A DNA stretch of 64,000 nucleotides, from NCBI RefSeq assembly GCF_009914755.1, contig NC_060937.1; one strand, given 5' to 3'. The DNA comes from the human T2T-CHM13v2.0 reference genome, Homo sapiens. This document shows, piece after piece, positions 55,120 through 64,000 of the stretch (position 1 is the first letter of the stretch; every line of letters starts with the position of its first letter). Under the pieces are notes generated by a model. That model made no database searches, was not told the DNA's origin, and worked only from the letters and a program-made list of their open reading frames with translations. The position numbers were made by a program, and so were the translations under genes.

Positions 55120-55720
55120 TAATTTTAAACTTTATGCTGCTATGCTTAAAGTTTGTGTATGTCTCCTAGTATACATATGCAAAAAATTTATCTGGGGTAT
55201 ATACCTAAGAGTAGAACTAATGTGTCACCAGCTATTCATATTCTCTACTTAGGTAGATATTGTCGAGTAATTCCCCAAATATATTAGCACCATATACACT
55301 ACTTCTAGAATTTTTCTATTGCCTTATGTAACAAATTTCATATTTTCAGAATAAAAAATAAAAGCCAATCAGATAAGAAGGTTGACATTACATATATATT
55401 TGAAATCATTCAAGTTTTGATCAGTTTGAATCTCTTTCCTTAATAGCGAATTGAGTTTGTTGTTTGTTTTCATAACACACTTGCTCATTTCATTAGTCTA
55501 TTTCTCAGTTATATTTTTGGGGCTTTGTTGATTTGCATACTAATATTTTAGAGGTGTTACAAATACCATCATCCAATATGTAACTTGTCTGACATTTTTA
55601 TGATCTCATCAATAAAAAAACTATTGTAATTTTGATGTACTTAAGATCATCCATTGTTTCATTTGTGATTTATGCTTTTTATGTTTTATTATTCTAGGTC
55701 ATAAAGATGTTTTATGATTA
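55120..55720 (-). mobile_element. Old L1ME relic
   Basis: tctggggtatatacctaagagtagaa and taattttgatgta. Confidence 0.6.
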
Positions 55721-56592
55721 TTTTTGGAGGGAAAAAAATATCTGAGAAGGAAACAGAGTGAATCTGAACAAAATAAATTATATATAAAGAAGTAAAATGT
55801 AGAGGTGTTAATTTTCTTCATAAAAATAAATATTAAAAAGGAGCTTACTGTTTCCCCCTAAAGTTTACCAGACATTTCAGATTGTTGTACTTAGTATTTC
55901 AATGTCTATTTGATTATGGAATGGTTTACTGATGGTTTCATATATGAAATATGTATGACTTTAGATAGCTAAAATGCATTGCTGAATTACTACAGAATAA
56001 TGGAACATGTACCTGGTAGTTCAAGTTCAAACTATGACATTTGCTTTGATGTAACATATATGAATGCTAAGTAATTGATTGTTTTTGAATCCTATGAATT
56101 TTGCTTCAATTCATTTTTTTCAAAGAATTCTATTAATATAATCATAAATGAGATCTCCCTTTTCATGTTGTCTGGGTTCAATTCCCTTTGGCTGTCAAAA
56201 AAATAGTCCTTTTATTTTGTCCTTTGCTACTTTATATATATAAATTTCACAAGGGGAAATTCCTTATGAAACATTTTACAAAACAGTGTTTCCTTTAAGC
56301 TATGAGCTTCATTATGGAGATTTAAAAATAGACATACCACAAGTTTCAAAAGCTCTTATTTTTTATTACTTTATTTACCAATCTTCCTACCATTCTCATT
56401 CTTTGCAACTTTCAAAGCTGTAGAGCTATAGAATTACAGTGCGATCTGAGGAATAGAAAAAAGATAAATTTAAATAAGGCTCGTCCTTTACATCTTTTAT
56501 TAAAATAAATTTATTGTATATATATTTTCAAAAAAGGAAAGGAAATTAATACAGATTATTATGTGCCAGCCATTTTTCTAAAAATAGTATAA

Positions 56593-57460
<868 letters not shown>

Positions 57461-57897
57461 AAAAAAAATACCTAAGTCCTGGAAACAACTAAGTTTGTCT
57501 GTCTATGGACAAATAAGTTGAATTTTTAAAACGTGGTTATAGATATTTAATGGAATGCCATTCAGTTTTTCTTTATTAAAGATAAAATAAATTAAAAAGA
57601 CAATATTTGCATGTAAAACCCAGATATTCCTCATTGCTTACAAAATATTAAGTAATTGTTTAAAAATGTTTAATGTGCTGCTGACTTTTTAAATTTCTGC
57701 ATAAAACATAAATATTATATTTGAAGGTAATATAACTCATAGAAGTGAATATTTATAAATGCATATAGTTAGACCCATGTGATCAAACATACCTATAAAT
57801 GTAAAAATAGGCATAAGTATATATACAAATACACATAAGGATAGTAACTTTCTTTGTTGCTCTCATTTTTTTTGTTGTTGTTAATAAAGAGCTATTG

Positions 57898-58210
57898 GTG
57901 CTAGGCTTAGAGGTTCAGGCCTATAATCCCAACACTTTGGAAAGCTGAGGGGGAGGATTGCTTGAGCCCAGGATTTCAAGATTGGTCTGGGCAACATGCC
58001 AAGACCCAGTCTCTACAAAAAATAAAAAGTTGAAACATTAGCCAGGTATGATGGCATGAGGCTGTAGTCCCAGCTACTCAGGAGGCTGAGGCAGGAGAAT
58101 TGCTGGCACTCAGGAAGTTGTGGCTGCAGTGAGCCATGTTTGCACCAGTGCACTCCAGCGTGAGCAACAGAACAAGACCCTATCTCAAAAACAAATAAAT
58201 ACATACATAT
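57898..58210 (+). mobile_element. AluJ
   Basis: ggaggattgcttgagcccagga, tgggcaacat..caagaccc and ggctgcagtgagccatg. Confidence 0.9.
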
Positions 58211-59569
58211 AAATAGCCACTGAAAAATGTTTCCAAAATACTGATTTATGTATTGAAAAAATTAAAGATGACTCTTTATTTTGAGTTTTAAAAAGTAAAA
58301 TGATAAAATCTATGTTGAGTTTATCAAATAACCCAATGATGTTGAAAGCACCTGTTAAAATGCTGTGTTATATAAACAATAACCATTTTAATTGAATGAA
58401 TTTCCAAACATGGCCTTAATATACAAAATATTTTTTAAAAATTGTGACTGCATCTAAATAATATGCATTATATATAAAATTATTTTTAAGATACCCAGAG
58501 AGAAAAAGACAGGAAATTAGTGGAAGATAGAAAGGATAAGATAAATATATGAGAAATGAGAGGGAAAAAAAAAGTGGAAAGGGAAAATATGGAAAATTTT
58601 CAAGCTAAAGATATTGAGTCAAAATCTAGACCAGCAGTCTCATTTCAGAGTGTGAACAACAGCTAACAAGTGGCATCAGTAACACAGCTGTTAGTACTTG
58701 ACGAATCTACTGAATAACTTCTAGTGTGACAAATTAGAATTAAAGAAAACTGTCTAGTTGTAACTGAAAAATCAGCACTGTAACAATATAAGAGCAGGAA
58801 CTTTTAAAAAATCTGCTATGTCTTTAACAAAAAATGACAAAATAATCATAATTAGCATTAGTATAAACAAAAACAAAACAGAACAGGATTTTAGAGCAGC
58901 AGTCCACTTTCATAGGAAACAATAACAATAGGATTAACATAGTGTTGATGTTGTTTCAAAAAACTCACTATATGTAAAAGAAAATCTCTAAACATCTGGG
59001 TGATATCCCTCATCTTAAATTCTGTAGTTTAATTAAGACTCTTGGAGGGCCCTTACCTTATCTCTTCAAAAATAAGTGATATTATTTTAGATAACTAATG
59101 AAGTTCATAGCAGATATTATACATTCTTTGCTGGTAGTGATTAGTTTGAAGAATGCTTGAAATATGTATCTAAGAAGTGTATTAGAATGGAAGGTAGGAG
59201 AGTTTTTGTAGGACTTCAAGTTTGATTTCAAATATTCCACAATCTCTTAACACTTTTGATTTAGTACCTCATCTCATCAGGCATAGTCAGAATTCAAATT
59301 CCTGTGTGCCCCACAACTCCCATTCTAAATATTCTCAGGCAAGCATGATCCAAGGGTGCAGTTTCCAGTTTCAAGGTGACCAGCATTGCAGGGCCTTTAT
59401 GTTTTGTTCCACTAGAAGACTACCAAAAGAGTGCTATATGTGTCCTCACTATCTTACTGAGCTTTGGTGAAATACTCCTCATAATGTTGAGTTATTGTCC
59501 TTCTGCTCTCAATTTTCTTATACACTCTTCTAACAATCACTAAACCATGAAATACATTTGAGTGATTAA

Positions 59570-59840
59570 AAGCCAGGATCCTGGCAGGAAAGAGAATTCA
59601 TCACAAAGACTTGCAACAGTAGAAGTTAATAACACCCAAAAGGGACAACAGGAGGAAAACAAGGACCAAATATTCCAGTCCTCTATACTCTTCTTCCCCT
59701 TTATCTTCTTCTGATGCCTCCTTTTTTGTCAAACTTAACTTGAAGTCTGCTGAAAACTAAGCCTGAGAGATGGAATCTGCAGAGATTAGCATCTGGACAG
59801 AAGGATGGAGCATGTATATGAGAGGCAGAGAAAGAAACAG
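59570..59840 (-). mobile_element. Ancient ERVL-class LTR relic (family uncertain)
   Basis: ggatcctggcaggaaa..tgcctcc..tcaaacttaacttgaagtc..gcagagattagc loosely resembles LTR40/41-type LTRs. Confidence 0.4.
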
Positions 59841-60099
59841 AAGCAGAAAATCACTATTTTTTTCTGACAATGAAGAATTTTTGCTTTATCTAACTCATTA
59901 CCCAAAGTAGAGTTCTTTTCCAGGAAGCTATTTAATTACACATATCAATAGTCCTCTTTGCCAGATATAATCCAAAACATGCAAACTAAAGTAGAAGTAC
60001 AATATGCAAGGTATAACAAAACAACAAAAATACCAAGTGAAAAGAACTATGACTGAGTCAAGGATTACAGAGAAATAAGAAAATATCACTTTAAGGAGT

Positions 60100-60430
60100 C
60101 AAGGGAAATTCATAAAGTATTGGAATCTTGAAGGATTACAGAGTTAGATAAAGTACCACAAAGGGGGAGAGTGTAAGAAAGGATAATAATCTAAAAAATA
60201 TAGATGGGTTTTAATAAGATTTAAATGTTGGTTACATGGAAGAAACTACGAAGAAAATGATAGCTCAATTAAGCAAAAGGAAAGTCATGGAGAACCATTT
60301 ACACTGAGATAAGAAATTTTAATTTTAGTTTACAGAAATTGAAATAATTGAATCAGGAGAGCGGCATGGTTAGCTTTCTATGACAGAAAGACTGCTCTGT
60401 AAGAAATACAGAGTTTTGTTTGGAAAGAGG
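60100..60430 (-). mobile_element. L2 relic
   Basis: tcttgaagga, taagaaattttaatttta and cagaaagactgctctg. Confidence 0.5.
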
Positions 60431-60789
60431 CCAACTGGACAACTGGAGGCTAAAAGCATCCTAGGCATTAACAATCTGGGAGAGCGATGTATGTATAAAT
60501 CACAGATGTGAAAGTGAGCATGAAAAAGGGGGCCATATTTTATGTGGGACAAAGTTGAATCTGTACCTATTATTTCTCAGAGTAACTACTTTTACTTCTA
60601 TTGACTAACATCTATAGAACACTTTGTTTTCAAAATATGTTGGTGAGTCTCTAAATAGATCTACACAAATGTTGGCAGTGCTCATGTGAATTTAGGGTGA
60701 GGATTCACTGGTGAGAGTATTTTTATTTGTGAGCATTTTTATTTATTGTTTTCAGTGACAACTTTTATGAGTTGTTTACTGGGACAAAA

Positions 60790-60920
60790 ATTATCTGAAC
60801 TGTAAAAAAAATACAGATTTTGTCTAACATCCATCAGGGTTGTTACCAAGTGTATGTAAACTGTGGAAGCCCTTATCTTGGTGAATAGCTTAAAACAGGC
60901 ACTTGATAAATGTTTCCTTC
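60790..60920 (+). mobile_element. MIR relic
   Basis: ctgtaaaa..cagggttgtt..caggcacttgataaatgtt. Confidence 0.55.
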
Positions 60921-62289
60921 CACCGCGCTTTCTTCCATTACTCCGAGTGGAACCTGCAAATGCCTAAGTCTGCTGAGTTATGCTGAAAGAAAATAATACT
61001 TGAATTGCAAAAAAAAAAAATGTTCTGTATAAGTTAGAAAGCTATTTTGTTTAGTTTTCTGTATACACTCATATATTTACATAATCAGTGTTTACCAACT
61101 TCCATCATGTTTTGTGATGTGTGGATATTAGATAAAAATATAGGTATATATATATGTGCATATAGGTATACATATATTTACACACACATATATAGAGAGA
61201 GAGAAGTGAGCAATACTTTTCATCTTTTATGTAAAGATTGCAAGACAGTGTTATTTTAGTTGAATAAACTGAGGCATTTATATCTTCCTGTTTATCAAAA
61301 TAATACTCTATTGCCATATTGGCTTAGCACAAAACATAAAAACGTAAGATATCTTTTTCTGCCAACCTATTTCACAGAAGCTCATTTATCCATTTATTCA
61401 TTCACAGATTGAAATATTGAGAGACTTTATGCTAAACCTACAAAGAAGCTTTTCTTTAGAAAAATATATTTCAGCAATTGCTTAGTAATGTAGATCAAGC
61501 TGTAAATATAACATGCTCACTAGAAATATTTTGTTTAAGGGGAAAACAAATATTGCATACCTTTTTGGGTTGTTCATTCAAAAAACCAAAGTAGTGTCTG
61601 TTTAGGGAGGGATAAGTGGATTTTCTATTAAAGGGACTTTTCAACAAAAACAGTAGAAAGGAGACCTTTCATTTGAACAAGTCTTTATAACAAACAACAC
61701 TTTGTTCTCTTAGTAAGAAAGACTATTTTCTTCTCAGGAACCAATACCTAACAACTAAAAACAGAAGATAAAGATGTATTGTTCGGAGCAATTACACTGG
61801 TAAGAAACATGAATAAAGACAGTGGCTCTGTGTCATTTTCAAACACATCTCTTGAGCAAGAAACCAGAAACACTGTAGTTATAAGGCTTCAAAAATTGAA
61901 AGTAGGACATTTAAAAATATGTAAATCTACTCTTCTGTTCCACTTTTATCTTGAACCAAAAGATTAAGAATAAATAAATCAAAGCAACTTAAAATTATAA
62001 GTTCAATACCCAAAATAAATATTTTCATTTTAAAATAGTCAAAAAGCATGAAGTGAAATAATTACATAATAAAATTGAAATTTTTCTAATACGTATGTTT
62101 CTCTAATTGCATAAAATAGACTATTCAATTTTATTTTTAAATTTTTCCACAACACTTGTTTCTTTCTATTATACTACATGAGATATTTGTTTCTTACATA
62201 TGCTGTTGATTTTCTCTGTATCTCTACATCTCTATTCATTATCCACCTAATCTTCATTTAGGCAGACGTATTTTGTCTGCTTTTTTCTG

Positions 62290-62580
62290 ACAATACTAGA
62301 TGCTATGTTAGTAGAGCCTGGTGATTGATTCTGTGTTAGGCTTATGGTAATTAGAAGGAATTAATGGTGACATCTTAGCTTCTGGTGGTGTGTGTTGCCA
62401 TTTAGCATAACTTAGAATGCCAAAGAAGGAGTAAGGTTTCTTGGCAAGACAATGACTTGAGCTTTGGAAGCTTGTATCTGTTGTTCTCGTGGCTCATCTA
62501 ATTGTAAATGTCTAATACACTGTTTAAAAAAAGTTTTCTGGGTCTCAGAAAAAAAACCCCAAAGTCTGAGCTGGGCAGTA
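62290..62580 (-). mobile_element. L2 relic
   Basis: ctggtgattgatt..ttgccattta..aaggagtaaggttt..aaatgtctaata..ctcagaa. Confidence 0.5.
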
Positions 62581-62942
62581 TTGGATGAAGTAAAGTAAGT
62601 TCAGATATTGAGATTTGTGTGAAAATAAATTAGTATATTTTAAAATAAAGTATACTAATACATCAAAATATTTGCCTAGGCTTCATTAGTCTAAATATTT
62701 GATCCATGAAGGAATTGATTGTGTCTTGTTTACAATTGTTTCTCTGTTTTTATATATAGGAACAAAATTGATAAATGCATGTTGAATAAATAAATGTGTT
62801 AGGAAATGAGTATCAATGCTTAGGAGTTATTTTGTTACCACTCAATCTTTAAACATATTTTGTTTTTCTAGATAGGAAACCTAACTCAGGTTAGCACATT
62901 CTCATATTCATTCATTGGGCATTTTATATTAAAGCAATCTTT

Positions 62943-63246
62943 TTTTTTTTTTTTTTTTGAGATGGAGTCTCGCTGTGTTGCACAGGCTGGAGTGCAATGG
63001 CTGGCACGATCTCAGCCAACTGCAACCTCTGCTCCCCCCCGGGTTCACACCATTCTCCTGCCTCAGCCTCCCGAGTAGCTGGGACTACAGGCGCCCGCCA
63101 CCACGCCCAGCTAGTTTTTTGTATTTTTAGTAGAGACGGGGTTTCACCATGTTAGCCAGAATGGTCTCGATCGCCTGACCTCATGATCCGCCTGCCTCGG
63201 CCTCCCAAAGTGTTGGGATTACAGGCGTGAGCCACCGCGCCTGGCT
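62943..63246 (-). mobile_element. AluY/Sc-like Alu
   Basis: ccattctcc, ggcgcccgcc and gttagccagaatggtctcgatc. TSD ttaaagcaatcttt at 62929 and 63248. Confidence 0.94.
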
Positions 63247-64000
63247 GTTAAAGCAATCTTTACAAGTTCTGATAATTTATACAAGTTCTGATATATGGCT
63301 ACCCAATGCTAGTCCAACCCAGGGCCAGAATTCACTGGCTGCTGCTGCATGTACTTGCTGAAACCAGATAAACTGCCTTTTTATTGAAAGTATTATAGAA
63401 ATCAATTTGGGTTTATTATCACATATTTGAGGCTTTTTATCTGTGCTATAACAACAACAACAACAAAAAAATACGGGGAAGGAAGCATGGACAAATAGTA
63501 AATTTAAAGATTAAGCAGAAGGTATTTGTTTTATTTTATTATGAAGTCTTTCTGGGGACCTCAAATTAAAATAAAATTTAATGTAAAACATTTGTTATCA
63601 TATTAGAGTTCCCAGGTATGGAAACATTGATATACACACAAATCACGAACTAACTCAGAGATTACTCACTTAACTTTTATTGCATATATTATACAGCAAG
63701 GACTTCTCATGATCTTAGCCAAAAGGCCGAGAAGCAATAAAGCAAGGACTTAAAGTAATAAATGCATAGTTAATTTTATATCTACTATCTGTATTTCTCT
63801 CTTCAGCCAAGAATGCTAAGAAGGTAGTCATGTCAATTGTGGAATCTACTGTGTGATCTGGCAATTTCCTCTTTAAGAATTGGACTTTAACAATCAATTA
63901 GTTTCAAAGAGGCCAGTAAAGATCCAGAGGTTCTAAACACAGAATATTGCACATACTAACTAAAATTTTCAAAGATTGCCTAATAAAATTGTCTTAAATC

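Noticed and set aside
63715-63897. 60-aa minus-strand ORF and a possible 17-nt plus-strand microexon (ttcag|ccaagaatgctaagaag|gtagtc)
   Set aside because: No recognisable homology, weak donor and not frame-preserving.

Overview
AT-rich, CpG-poor primate genomic DNA (AluY present, so catarrhine and probably human), either intergenic or deep intronic. I see no credible protein-coding gene, RNA gene or CRISPR array. Nearly every listed ORF is a decayed transposon frame (L1 ORF1/ORF2, MaLR internal ORF, ERVL pol, Alu) or a low-complexity artefact. Most of the window is interspersed repeat: three MaLR proviruses (THE1D partial, THE1A and MSTA complete), solo MLT1E/MSTB/MSTD LTRs, an ERVL pol remnant with LTR16/LTR33-like LTRs, about 11 Alus or Alu monomers, L2/MIR relics, and a roughly 23 kb nested L1 stack holding two near full-length L1PB elements in opposite orientation. 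I did not find a new biological system. The best leads are structural or regulatory: a perfect 70-bp tandem duplication abutting an AluY, criss-crossed short duplications around the ERVL, three nested LTR 5' stubs cut off by a deletion between inverted Alus, and a THE1D LTR that keeps its DUX4 site, TATA-like box and splice donor but has lost its poly(A) signal. Subfamily names come from remembered consensus sequences and need RepeatMasker/Dfam confirmation. Boundaries without a stated TSD are approximate.
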